This document shows positions 1 to 11,667 of a DNA stretch of 63,875 nt, one piece after another. Origin of the DNA: Octopus bimaculoides (Eukaryota); the NCBI RefSeq assembly GCF_001194135.2, contig NC_068983.1, positions 58,702,420-58,766,294 on the forward strand, written 5' to 3'. The position numbers were made by a program, and so were the translations under genes. A model generated the notes under the pieces. The model searched no databases. It was not told where the DNA came from and saw nothing but the letters and a program-made list of their open reading frames with translations. The first letter of the stretch is position 1, and each line of letters starts with the position of its first letter.

Positions 1-67
<67 letters not shown>
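1..67. repeat. (TG)n microsatellite
   Basis: Pure TG dinucleotide run at the window start. Confidence 0.98.
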
Positions 68-68
<1 letters not shown>

Positions 69-1084
69 GGAGTTAAAATTGACAGTTTGTATAAAAGAAA
101 AAGATAACACAATATCTCATCCCAGAACAAAAGTATTTTAAAAACAACAGAAGATGCCAACCAGCTTGTGGTTGAAAGATAACAGTCTATTCAAAGCAGC
201 CACCCTCAACTTTAACTACGGCCTGAAGATGGCTGTGGAACCTGGTGTAAGTATTCCTCTTTGTCACTCTTGAAGAACGTTGAAACACCTCCCTATTTTT
301 GGCCACCAGCTTGTCAGTGGTATTACAGACACACCAGTTGGGGTCTTTCTCAACCGCACTCCATACTTAATAATCCATGGAAATACAATTGTGGCAGGGG
401 TGGGGATCAGGATGCCAGAAATTGGGTTGGTGATGTCGTAAAAATTCTCCAACAGCCACTTTTGATTCTTTTTACCTCCAAATTCTTCGTTTTTTAAAGA
501 ATGTGTAATTGAAACAAACAGGCAATATGGCTATGGAAAAGTTAAACCAACTGATTCTCCTTCATTATTTAACTTTTACCGTTAAGTAGTTTTATTATTG
601 TGGTTTAATTTAAACATGAGACTTGATAACAGAAGACAGCAAATATTTGCAAGATAGATCATTGACTCCATGCTAATCCTAGCAGCAACAGAGAGATATC
701 CATTTTTCTTTGTCCTCGGTGAATGTCAAGTCACGGTATTGACTAAGCTGTCATCCGTCAATATATTATCGACACCAGATCACTGTATTTCTATATTGAT
801 TGATTCCAGTTCTACATGTTGCTGTTCTCTGAAGATTTCCGAATCTTATACTTACAGATTCGATTCATATACGACTGTTTCAAAAGCTATGTGAAGCATG
901 TTGGCTTCAGTTTCAGGTCGGCAGAAAGCAGATATGGATTTTTATTGATTTTTATGAGTTAACATTAGTATTTTCTAATCAAATATTGATATTTGATTTA
1001 TATTACGAGCAAATATCATTATTTTCATCATCATCGTTATAATCTTCATCAGCATCAAGCAACAGCTTGAAATAATACGAAATA

Positions 1085-1330
1085 TCTATGAACAACTTGC
1101 AGGTACAGACATGGCTTTGTGGTTAAGAGGTTTTACTTGCAACACGTGGGTTTTAGTTCAAATCTGATTCACAGTATCTGGGAATGTAAAGAGCTTGAAA
1201 AAATGCCTCATGGCATTTCATCTGGTTCTTTACATTTTGAGTTCAAATCCCTCGAAGGTCAATTTTACTTTTGATCTCTTTGGGGGTTGATAAAATAAAA
1301 TACCACTCAAGTACTGACATCTATGGTATC
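1085..1330 (+). mobile_element. SINE family D, degenerate copy
   Basis: Contains GAGTTCAAATCC (B-box-like), then ggtcaattttacttttgatctctttgggggttgataaaataaaataccactcaagtactg. This aligns by eye with the family D body at 3248-3460. Confidence 0.6.
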
Positions 1331-1384
1331 AAATATTTCTTCACAAAAATGCTGGCTTTTTGCCTAAATCAGAAACTTCATGCG

Positions 1385-1444
1385 TCCACGTATATGTATA
1401 TGTATATAGATAATTTATACATATATACATACATACATACATAC

Positions 1445-1536
<92 letters not shown>
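1385..1536. repeat. compound (TA)/(TACA)/(TG)n microsatellite
   Basis: Directly visible in the sequence. Confidence 0.95.
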
Positions 1537-1538
<2 letters not shown>

Positions 1539-1545
1539 GTATTTA

Positions 1546-1655
1546 TTCTTTCATTTTTTACTTGTTTAAGTCATTTAACTGCGGACATGCTGGAGCACTG
1601 CCTTTAGTTGAGCAAATCGCCCCAGGACTTATTATTTGTAAACTTAGTACTTTAA
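1546..1655 (-). mobile_element. SINE family A, 3' half fragment
   Basis: acttgtttaagtcatttaactgcggacatgctggagcactgcctttagttgagcaaatcgccccaggacttatt matches the 3' part of the full copies at 6262-6660 and 26301-26760. Confidence 0.75.
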
Positions 1656-2104
1656 AAACTGACATAATCACTAGTGTTGATACCTTCACATAATTCATTT
1701 GAAAGTTCTGCTCCAGCATGGCTATATTCCTGAGATTGAAACCGGTAAAAGACTGGTTGCTGTTCATGTCCCTTTATTGATTTCTGTTCTTTTTACTCAT
1801 GAACACAATTCCTTATAAATTCCATTTTTAATCATCAAAACGAAGTTATTACTCCTATGTTATAACCATCTGTATTTATAGTTGGTTTATAGTCGATAAG
1901 GCATCCCAAAAATCCAATATTTGTTATGTCATAAATTGTTGTGATATCGTGCAAGGTCCTAAGACATACAAGCAGTAAAAATAAGTAAATAAATAAAATA
2001 CCTTTACCAGGAATTAAAAACATTTCTTACATTGAAAAATATTTTAATATAGATTACAATAAGTAAGGTTGATACATGAACAGCGAAAATTAATAATACA
2101 TCAA

Positions 2105-2106
<2 letters not shown>

Positions 2107-2152
<46 letters not shown>

Positions 2153-2200
2153 TCCCTCTCTCTTTCTTTCTTTCTTTCACTCTTTTCCTTTCCATTTCCT
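2107..2200. repeat. (TC)n / pyrimidine tract
   Basis: Directly visible in the sequence. Confidence 0.9.
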
Positions 2201-3247
2201 TCCCTCGTACTTGCGGTATTATGGTCTCTTTCACTCGCTTTCTCTCCCTCTGTCTCTTATTCTCTCTACTTCTCTAAATACTTTGAAAAGGAGTTTTTAA
2301 CTCAAAATATCACAACTAATTAAATAATATTCTCAACATAACTTCTAAATACCTTAATTATTGATATTTCTGATATTTAATGTTTTGTCCACATCGCTCT
2401 CATCTTCTAAAAACACCAGTGATTTCTCACACGTTCCACAATGCTTCAAGCAACCTACAACACTCTTCTCTTTTATCAATTTATCTTCCTGTTCCCATCC
2501 TTATTCACTGACAGAATCTTATAGTTGAACGCTATTTCTTCTATTCACCTCACACGCAAAATAAGCGATGAGTGAATCTGTCTGTATGTGTTGCACTTAC
2601 AAATTCATAACTACTTTAACTATTTAGCCACCATATTTCTTTATATAGTTGTTGATTTGTTTTCTTTTTCTCTCGGTTCTTTTTGCTTTTTGTTTTTACA
2701 CAAACAGCTATTGTCAATAACTTGTATCCGTTATGTGTATTGATGTAACAAGTCTATTGGAATTTCATGGATATTGGATAGATTGTGTTGCTGTATCATT
2801 GATCTCATCATGAAAATGACTATTGACACTGGTTTAATGCTGGAGATAAATGGTGGAAATTTATTGACACCTAACATAACAAGTGTTAGTCTTTCATGGC
2901 AACAGACAGCATTTGTTGCATATATAACATATAACTCTCGTAGAATGGTCGGTACTACAAGCAGACGACATTTTTTTGGCTTTTTTTTCAATATTCTCAG
3001 ACACTACAGCTACTCGGCATGTTACTGAATTTCAATCTTTTACTTTCCTCTCTAATCTTTGCTCTCCAATTTATATTAGAAGCAGTTATTTTTTTTAATA
3101 TTTTATCTTTTATCTTTCTTTTATTTTTCGGTCACGGTACAGTGGCCATGCTGGAGCACTGACTTGCAAGGTTTAGCAAAACGGATCAACTCCAGGACTT
3201 GTTTCAAGTCTGGTGCTTTTACCAAATTGTTTACTTATGGAGACGTA

Positions 3248-3460
3248 AGGTGGTGAGCTGGCAGAGACGATGGGACGCCCGGCGAAATGCTTAGTAGTAT
3301 TTCGTCTGTCTTTACATTCTAAGTTCAAATTCCGTTGAGGTCGTCTTTGCCTTTTATCCTTTTGAGGTCAATAAATTAAGCACCAGTTGCACACTGGGGT
3401 CAATCTAATTGACAACAACCCCTCCCCACAAATTTCGAGCCTTATGCCCAGAGAAAAAAA
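3248..3460 (+). mobile_element. SINE family D (tRNA-like head GGTGGTGAGCTGGCAG...AAGTTCAAATTCC)
   Basis: A/B-box-like head followed by gcctttt/catcctttt/cgaggtcaataaattaagcaccag. The reverse-complement copy is at 43337-43556, with further partial copies elsewhere in the window. Confidence 0.8.
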
Positions 3461-3524
3461 TGTTTATTTATGGAAACATAAAGAAAACAGCAGTTGTTAA
3501 GTGGCAGGGATGAGACAACATGCA

Positions 3525-3732
3525 CACACTCAGACATACACACACACTCTCTCTCTCTCACTCACTCAGCGGCACAACCACGCACTCGCATGCACGCATG
3601 CACTCACACACACACACACAGACACACACACACACGCATGCACTCGCTCACACCTGCACTTGTGCACACACACACAACACACACGCACTCGTGCACTCTC
3701 CTAAATATGCATGCATAATGGTGCTGGGGGAC

Positions 3733-3812
<80 letters not shown>
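3525..3812. repeat. compound (CA)n/(TA)n microsatellite
   Basis: Directly visible; it is the source of the H/T- and I/Y-rich spurious ORFs. Confidence 0.9.
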
Positions 3813-3814
<2 letters not shown>

Positions 3815-4067
3815 TTTATTCCATACGTTTTGAAAAACAATGGAGAATTTAGTGAACTGACCTTGTCATTATTTTTCTAGTGTTTGGAAATTTTGATGGA
3901 AGGTTTTTAACTTAAATCACTTTAAACGAACAGGTCCCATTAAGAAAGCACTGGTGCCAGCCAAACGTAAAAGAGTACTGGTGCCAGTGCCATGTGAAGT
4001 AGCATTTGTGCAGGGGCCACATAGATGATAAGCACCTTTGCCAGTGTCACATAGAATAAGCACCTGT

Positions 4068-4234
4068 GCAGCGTGGGCTACTAACCCCAAGATTCTAAGT
4101 TCGATTCCAGGCAGTGACCGGAATAATAATAACATCGAAAAATATGTTAGGAATGAGAACCCAGGTTCGAAATTTCCCCAAGACACCTGAAGAAGGCTGG
4201 AGGGTATATCAGCCGAAACGTAAATAATGTACAT
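4068..4234 (+). mobile_element. SINE family H (tRNA head + hammerhead-like module), copy 1
   Basis: Head gcgtgggctactaaccccaagattctaagttcgattccaggcagtg with a B-box, an (AAT)n spacer, then body ttaggaatgagaacccaggttcgaaatttccccaagacac. Homologous to 23573-23805 and 15350-15585. Confidence 0.75.
4182..4222 (+). ncRNA. putative minimal type I hammerhead ribozyme core (3' strand of stem I deleted in this copy)
   Basis: GACAC-CUGAAGA-A-GGCUG(10 nt)CAGCC-GAAACGU: intact CUGANGA and GAAA boxes and a perfect 5-bp stem II. Confidence 0.55.
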
Positions 4235-4440
4235 CTATAAATAGTTAGGGTGGAAGAGATTTAATGAATTCATAAACTTCCGATAATTAAAGAGACTAAG
4301 CTCAAAGCATACAGCAGAGTCACTGCTAGCAGACATGGAGCATACACCACATTAGAATCGTTACTATCCCAATTTCCTCGAAATAATATCCGCTTATCTT
4401 AAAGGAGAACACACTCGGTGATATATTCCTAGACATATGG

Positions 4441-4556
4441 CATAGGAGTGGCTGTGTGGTAAGTAGCACCTAGGGCAAGTGTCTTCTACTATAGCCTCGG
4501 GCCAACCAAAGCCTTGTGAGTGGATTTGGTTGACGGAAACTGAAAGAAGCCCGTTG

Positions 4557-4595
<39 letters not shown>

Positions 4596-4702
4596 CTCTG
4601 TGTGTCCCCACCAACATCGCTTGACAACTGATGCTGGTGTGTTTATGTCCCCGTAACTTAGTGGTTTGGCAAAAGAGACTGATAGAATAAGTACTAGGCT
4701 TC
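4441..4702 (+). mobile_element. SINE family A with internal deletion of the tRNA head
   Basis: ataggagtggctgtgtggtaagtagc joined directly to acctagggcaagtgtcttctactatagcc, then internal (TA)(TG)n and the 3' half. Confidence 0.85.
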
Positions 4703-5043
4703 TGAAGACTAAATACCAATGACTGAAGCGGTTAAAGATTACCTAAGACATTTCTAATGTTCTTTACAAAGACGACAGATTAACTAATTCACCAACTTTT
4801 AGAAATTAAAGTGGCTAAAAAAAGCTGATTCGCGACTTACAGATATTGTACATTCCCTACATAAGCATGGTCTTACACCAAATTTCCCTGAAATTACACT
4901 GTAACAGAATGAGAGTAGCCTAAGAGAGGGCAAGTTACTGAAAAGGTCACGAGTAGTGATGAAAGGACTTTGACTAACAAATAAAATAATGAATTGTTTA
5001 ACCAGCTCATTAAACAAATGATCGATTGGTTAGATATTTAACC

Positions 5044-5426
5044 GTGGAGGCGCAATGACCTAGTGGTTAGGGCAGCTGACTCGTGGTCGTAGGATCGCGG
5101 TTTCGATTCCCAGACCGGATGTTGTGAGTGTTTATTGAGCGAAAGCGCCTAACGCTCCACGAGGCTCCGGCAGGGGATGGTGGCAAACCCTGCTGTACTC
5201 TTTCACCACAACTTTCTCTCATTCTTTCTTTTTGTTGTACCTGTATTTCAAAGGGCCAGCCTTGTCACGCTCTGTGTCACGCTGAATCTCCCCTCGAGAA
5301 CTACGTGAAGGGTACACGTGTCTGTGGAGTGTTCAGCCACTTACACGTTAATTTCATGAGCAGGCTGTTCCATTGATCAGATCAACTGGAACACTCGTCG
5401 TCGTAACCGACGGAGTGCCAACAACA
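5044..5426 (+). mobile_element. SINE family B (tRNA-Arg-like head), full length
   Basis: Head ggaggcgcaatgacctagtggttagggcagctgactcgtggtcgtaggatcgcggtttcgattccc. Near-identical copies at 15886-16262(-), 38144-38531(+) and 44940-45319(-). Confidence 0.9.
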
Positions 5427-6261
5427 GATATTTAACTAATTGACTAACGGTTAAGAAGTAATAATGAACCCATGCGTGTATTATTATTATTGGCGTAATG
5501 ACCCTCCCAAGACACAATAGTTACTTAAAGGCTATATTGAAGAATAGTCCTGAATAGAATTCAAAAATATCAAGGTGGTCAGTCGGTATGCTTTTGATCG
5601 GTCAGTCTACCTCATCGAACTTCACTCAGAGCTAAAAAAAAAAGATATAACAAATACAGGCAAACTGTATAATTGGAATTAAAGATGTATTATTGTTATT
5701 TTTTTTATTTGTTCTATTCGGATTGTGCCTTTTAGTTGTTTTTTTTCTCCTTTGATTCCCTATTGATCTTTTTTCATGTTAAAACAAACAATAAAGGGGG
5801 AAGTCAAGCAACAACAAACTGTCATTGGGATTAAAGACAATTTGTGATATTCCCCCCCAATAACACAAGATGAGGAGGCGGAAGATGAGGAGGTGGAGGA
5901 GGAGGAAGAATGAGTGGGGGACTGAGGGAAAGTGCTCACATTTCATTGATATTTGCTACATCGATTGATATTTCATGGGCTCCCATAACACATAATGACA
6001 ATATTACGTTTCCATGCTTGTGCTCTATTCCTACTTCGATATTGTTTTAAGTAGTCATTGACATTTCTATGGTAGCACAGAGGTGATGTTATTTTGTATT
6101 TATGAGATAGAAACACACACACACAGACACACACATACACACACACACACATGCACGGGTGATTGCACACATGCATACACATGAACGCTCACACAGATAT
6201 ACGCAAACCCAAACACAGACACTGAAATCTGAACGATAAAGTCCACCGTAATGTACCATAC

Positions 6262-6660
6262 ACTCTTTTACTTGTTTCAGTCATTTGACTGTGGCCATGC
6301 TGGAGCACCGCCTTTAGTCATGCAAATCGACCCCAGGACTTATTCTTTGTAAGCCTAGTACTTATTTTATCGGTGTCTTTTGCCGAACCGCTAAGTTACG
6401 GGGATGTAAACACACCAGCATCGGTTGTCAAGCGATGGTGGGGGACAAACACAGACACACAAACATATCACAAACATACATATATATACATATATACAAT
6501 GTGCTTATTTCAGTTTCCGTCTACCAAATCCACTCACAAGGCTTTGGTCAGCCCAAGGTTATAGTAGAAGACACTTGCCCAAGGTGCCACGCAGTGGGAC
6601 TGAACCCGGAACCATGTGGTTGGTAAGCAAGCTACTTACTACACAGCCACTCCGCCTATA
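6262..6660 (-). mobile_element. SINE family A, full length
   Basis: Minus strand reads ggagtggctgtgtagtaagtagcttgcttaccaaccacatggttccgggttcagtccc (tRNA head), then CCTTGGGCAAG (CORE-like start), an internal microsatellite and the tail gactgaaacaagtaaaagag. Confidence 0.9.
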
Positions 6661-6715
6661 TATTCATTAAAATGTTCTTATTTTAGTCAATAATAATAAT
6701 AATGATAATGATAGC

Positions 6716-7263
6716 CCTGATGCAATACCAGGCAGTGGCTCTCATGGCTTCTCATCTTAACTGATCGGGAGTGTTATCATGTACATTGTTTTGTCTTGGT
6801 ATAAAAGATGGGCTGCAGCAAATATTCTGCTCAATACCACAGATTTGCTTGTCAGTTGCTTGACCTTAACCAGTTGAGCATGTCCCTTGGTGGCTGACAA
6901 TATGTGCATCTCTGATCATGAGCAGAAGTAGTGGTGGAACATCATAGCCATGTGTTGAGATGAATTCTTTGGGTATTGAATAATTCACCTTTGGAAACAT
7001 GGGTGTTTCGTTCAACATCCTGAAACAACCCTTATTCAGGGTCCTTTTGAGTGGGATGGGCTACTCGACGTAAAGAAAATTCTAACTGGGCCTCATCTGC
7101 AAGGTCATGCACTGTTTATCCTGATATGAAATCACCATGTCGCACACATGTGGTTATGATGCACATGCTTGATGTACCCTTATCGGACGGGTAGTCGTGA
7201 TGGGTATACTGGGCTTCGTATAATTGTACCCATGTCATTTTGATTGGCATGCACTGCTCTCTC

Positions 7264-7267
<4 letters not shown>
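6716..7267 (+). mobile_element. unclassified ~550-bp repeat flanked by (AAT)n, possibly a LINE 3' UTR
   Basis: A more GC-rich block with (AAT)n on both sides. It is single-copy in this window, so its repeat status comes from recollection of octopus repeats and is not demonstrated here. Confidence 0.35.
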
Positions 7268-7310
<43 letters not shown>

Positions 7311-7502
7311 GTAATAATGTAATACTACTACTAATAATAATAATGATAATAATGTAATAATAATAATAATGTAATAATAATAATGATGATAATGTAATAA
7401 TAATAATAATGATAATAATGTAATAATAATGATAATGATAATAATGTAATACTACTACTTACTAATAATAATAACAATGTAACAACAACAACAATAATAA
7501 TA

Positions 7503-7576
<74 letters not shown>
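7268..7576. repeat. (AAT)n followed by (ATT)n (mutually inverted microsatellites)
   Basis: Directly visible in the sequence. Confidence 0.95.
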
Positions 7577-7577
<1 letters not shown>

Positions 7578-8227
7578 ACGTAATAAATATTTTACAGATA
7601 TTTCCCAAAACTAAGCAACAATATTTCATTTACGATATCTTGGCAAGACATGACCTTTTGTCTGATCTGAAGATAATTCCAAATAATCTCTCTTTTATTT
7701 TTTAACATATAAAAATAAGAGAACTTTGATTGTTGATAGCAATGCTAAAGTCAAAAACTTTGATGTATTTAATAAAACGAAATTATTATATTTGATGTTA
7801 TAATTTAGTCAAACATTCAACTAACAGTATTATGTTTGATTTTAATATCTTGTTAGACATCAAGATAAAAATGTCAACACAATGATAAAAACACTGAACT
7901 CGTATTACCCCGCAAATGTATCCCCTTTTCAAAATGCTATGTCACAACCTTGACTAAGATATTCATCTCTCTTTGGCTGGAATTACTCTCATATATCATT
8001 TACGCAGAACAAACCTGAGATACTTGACTATAAAAGATCTCCAACATACTTATAGGAATGCATTTTGCTGCTGTCGCTTGATCTAATTTATGCAGAAATT
8101 TTTGTTGGGTGTTCCGTTTCCACGCCTATCCCCATCTCTAGCTGTCTGTCATACTCTCTTCACACCCTTATGAACTTACTTACTCACCCTGCCCTTTCAG
8201 ATTCTCTATCCTTATTCCCTCTTTTGT

Positions 8228-8530
8228 GAAGGCACGTGACTTAGTGGTTTAGATATTCGTCTCACGATCGTAAGGCCATGAGTTCAATTCCCAGCAGTGC
8301 ATTGTACCTTTGGGCAAGACACTTTATATAATGTTTGTCTAGTCTACCTGACTGGTAAAAATGACTATTACCTGTAATTTAAAGGTACTATCACACTGAA
8401 TCTTCCTGAGGTCAACGTTAAGGGTACATGTGTCTGTGGAGTGCTCAGCCACTTGTACATTAATTTCATGAGCAGGCTGTTGCATTGAGTGAACCAATTG
8501 GAACACTCGTCACCATAACCAACAGAGTAC
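8228..8530 (+). mobile_element. SINE family B' (different tRNA head + CORE-like segment, family B 3' module)
   Basis: Head gaaggcacgtgacttagtggtt...gagttcaattccc, then cctttgggcaagacacttt, then the same ggagtgctcagccacttgtacattaatttcatgagcaggctg module as family B. Confidence 0.75.
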
Positions 8531-8587
8531 TTGTGTGTGTGTGTGTGACTGAAGATGTGTGCTTTAGTGGTCTGGATATTTGGACCA

Positions 8588-8908
8588 CGAAATCGTGATG
8601 GCACCTGTGTCCAGCGTCGCCTTTCTGGCACTTGTGCCCGCAGCATGTTTAAGGACCTTCGAGTGAGATCGTTGCCAGTGCCCCTGGACTGGCTCTTGTG
8701 CGGGTGGCACATAAAATACACCATTGTGAGCGTGGCCGTTGCCAGTACCGCCTGACTGGCCTTCGTAGGATTTTCGAGCGAGATCGTTGCCAGTGCCCCT
8801 GGACTGGCTCTTGTACGGGTGACACATAAAACACACCATTTTGAGCGTGGCCGTTGCCAGTACCGCCTGACTGGCCTTCGTGCGAGTGACACGTAAAAGC
8901 ACCCACTA
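8588..8908 (+). mobile_element. SINE family C (tandem hairpin array), 3'-truncated
   Basis: Starts cgaaatcgtgatggcacc as at 42870 and contains four GCCAGT-N8-ACTGGC units. It ends at gcacccactac before (GAT)n(CAT)n. Confidence 0.8.
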
Positions 8909-8949
8909 CGATGATGATGATGATCATCATCATCATCATCATCATAAGG

Positions 8950-9215
8950 TTATGGAGTCAATTCCCAGCAGCACATAGTGTCCTTGAGCAAGACACTTCA
9001 TTTTAACATTTCTCCAGTCCACTCATCTAGCAAAATTAAGTTGTACATGTATTTCAAAGGGGCTAGTATTATCACATTCTGTGTCTTGCTGAACCTTCCC
9101 GAGAATTGCATTAAGGATACATGTGTCTGTGGAGTGCTCAGCCACTTGCACATTAATTTCATGAGCTGACTGTTGCATTGATCGAATCAACAGCAACACT
9201 CGTCGTCCTAACCTG
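8950..9215 (+). mobile_element. SINE family B', 5'-truncated
   Basis: gagtcaattcccagcagcacatagtgtccttgagcaagacac followed by the shared B 3' module. Confidence 0.7.
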
Positions 9216-9334
9216 ACTGAATACCAATTACCTTCTTGTGCCTTGCGGATATGCCCTGACACCTAATCACTACCATTTTTTTCCCTTTCCAGCTGGAGTA
9301 GTTATGTATCTCTGGCAAGACATATCATACTTCA

Positions 9335-9498
9335 ACTGCTCTACCCTTGGCAAAAAAAGCCCAATGCATTCTGTAAAATGGTTAATGGTAGGAAAGGCAT
9401 TCAACCATAAAAAAAAACATACAAAAGCAGACACTGAAGCTCAACACACTTCTCTGGTTTACCAGGTCCTGTCAAGCCATCCAATTCATTCCATTTGG

Positions 9499-9541
<43 letters not shown>

Positions 9542-9860
9542 TATCATCGTCGTCATTACCGTCATCATCATCATCATATAATGCCTGTTTTCCATGCTGG
9601 CATGGGCTGAATGGTTGAAAAGGAGGTGGCAACGCCAGAAGCCACACCAGGTTCCATTGTCTGTTTCAAGCATGTTTTCTAAGGCTGGATGCCCTTCCTA
9701 ATGCGAACCACTCTACAGACTGTACTGAGTACTATTTTTACGTAGCACCAGCACCGACTGAGTTACCAAGTACCTCGGTCGACAAAAATCCCTCATCTGA
9801 GAGGAAGGGGGAAAATCGATGTTAAATGATGTCAGTGATGATGATGATGATCCAGTTAAT
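9335..9860. mobile_element. two diverged family C/RTE-tail fragments, tail to tail around an (ATC)n run
   Basis: Plus-strand ggtaggaaaggcattcaaccat at ~9387 and minus-strand ggctggatgcccttcctaatgc at ~9683 are both variants of the family C motif ttaggaagggcatccagc. Confidence 0.55.
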
Positions 9861-9933
9861 TTGCTAAACACCTATTCATGCTAACATCAAACATGTTAAC
9901 GTCTGGCATATGAAGGAGATATGCCTGTTATTT

Positions 9934-10589
9934 TTAGCAGATTGAGTTGTTTCTGTTATTGTTGTTATTGTTGTTACTGTTCTTGTTATTGATCTTGTGG
10001 TTCATATTGATCTTCTTGTTCATATCACTGTTGTTGTTGATAATGATGACAACAACAATGATTAGGATGATGATGATGATGATGAGGATGATGATGATGA
10101 GAGCGATGATGATGATGAGGAGGAGGAGGAGGAGGACAATGACGACAATGATGATGATGACGACAATGACGATGATGAGGATAACAGTGATGACGACGAC
10201 GTCGACGATGAGGAGGAGGATAATGACGATGACGTGGACAATGACGACAATGAGGGGGAAGACAATGTCGATGATGATGAGGACGACGATGACAATGAAG
10301 TTGATGACGGCAGTGATGAGGATGACGACGATGATAAGGACAAGAACGATGACGACAGTGATGACAACAATGGTGACGATGAAGATGGTAACCGTGACAG
10401 GGATGAGACTAACGACGACAACAACGACAATGAGAATGATAATGACGATGATGATTATGATCATGATGATGATAGCAATGATGATGATGATGATGTCGAC
10501 AACTACAACGATTCCAAAGATGAAGAGGGGAATATTGATGATGTTGATGACGACACCGACCACGATAACAACAACAATGATGGTGATAA

Positions 10590-10623
<34 letters not shown>

Positions 10624-10654
10624 GGTGGTGGTGGTGGTAATGGTGGTGGTGGTA

Positions 10655-10687
<33 letters not shown>

Positions 10688-10695
10688 GTGTTTAA
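9934..10695. repeat. ~760-bp degenerate trinucleotide tract (GTT, then GAT/GAC/AAT/GAG/GGT)
   Basis: Strict period-3 low-complexity sequence. One plus frame is open as a D/E/N/G-rich peptide from 10066 to 10695. Confidence 0.9.
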
Positions 10696-10944
10696 CGCTT
10701 TAGTCTTCAGGAAATTAATTTTCACATTGTCTGATAATTAAATCAGGCATTCTAAAAAATTTCGAAGCTTCATTTGCATCCAATTTAATCCTGTTACTTC
10801 CATCTAATGAAAAACTCAGTAAATTTATATTCTACGGGTACCTGACAGTGAAGCAGTAAGGTCGAAGGTTCATATCCTGATTCTGACATTTTGTTGTATC
10901 CATGTCCAGAATGGTTAACTGTAAACGGTCAAGATCACCCGAAA

Positions 10945-10980
<36 letters not shown>

Positions 10981-11667
10981 TTGTTGATAATATCCTTGCT
11001 GTTGTTTAAGTGTTGTTTGAATACATCCCCATCATCATCTCAGAGATAACTGAAGTTTCTTGGTAAAGTATACAAAAGCCCTGGGCCCTTCAATACTGAG
11101 TTGCAAGAGAAATAGGTCCTTATTCTAAAGGAGGAACATGTGGTATTATTCAGTTGTGTCCCATTCAGCTGGGTTGGTATAGCTTTCAGTCCTGAAGTTA
11201 AGTACTAGACCATTCAGGATCTTATATATATGTAGAACAGTGGTGCTGGGGGCATGACTGCAGCTTTGAAGATGAAACAGTTTAAAGATTTAAAGATATA
11301 TATGAATAATACATAGGGGTGCTGAATAAGACAGTAAAAGAAAATGCAGGAGACTCAGTTAATTGTGATTTTTCTCAACTTATTCAAACAATTATTGCCG
11401 TGGTCCTTCAGTTTTTCTAAGCCTTGTGAATGCAATTAATAGGAAGAAGAATACATAGAGAGGGATAAGCATTTTGTTAGCAGTGTTTTTTGTTCATTAG
11501 CATTACGATTTTGACACTGGAAATCTGGAATCATTCATTCATTTAGAAAGCACAAGGCATAAAAAATATTAACAAAACTGATTCAAGATTGAGGATTAAA
11601 AGTACAGTGGCATGTAGCATAAGGCAGGGATAAAAAATATAGACAAATATTTAGAAATGTATTAGTT

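Noticed and set aside
223-286. CTGAAGATGGCTG...GAAAC hammerhead-like boxes, preceded by a peptide faintly like a GIY-YIG C-terminus
   Set aside because: There is no complementary stem II partner before the GAAAC and no stem I; the Penelope similarity is too weak to call.
5044-5115. tRNA genes
   Set aside because: All tRNA-like segments (families A, B, B', D, H) lack a complete cloverleaf with acceptor stem and run into SINE bodies.
8660-8908. CRISPR-like array of palindromic repeats
   Set aside because: The inter-hairpin segments are themselves repeated rather than unique spacers, the array lies inside an interspersed SINE, the host is eukaryotic, and there are no cas genes.
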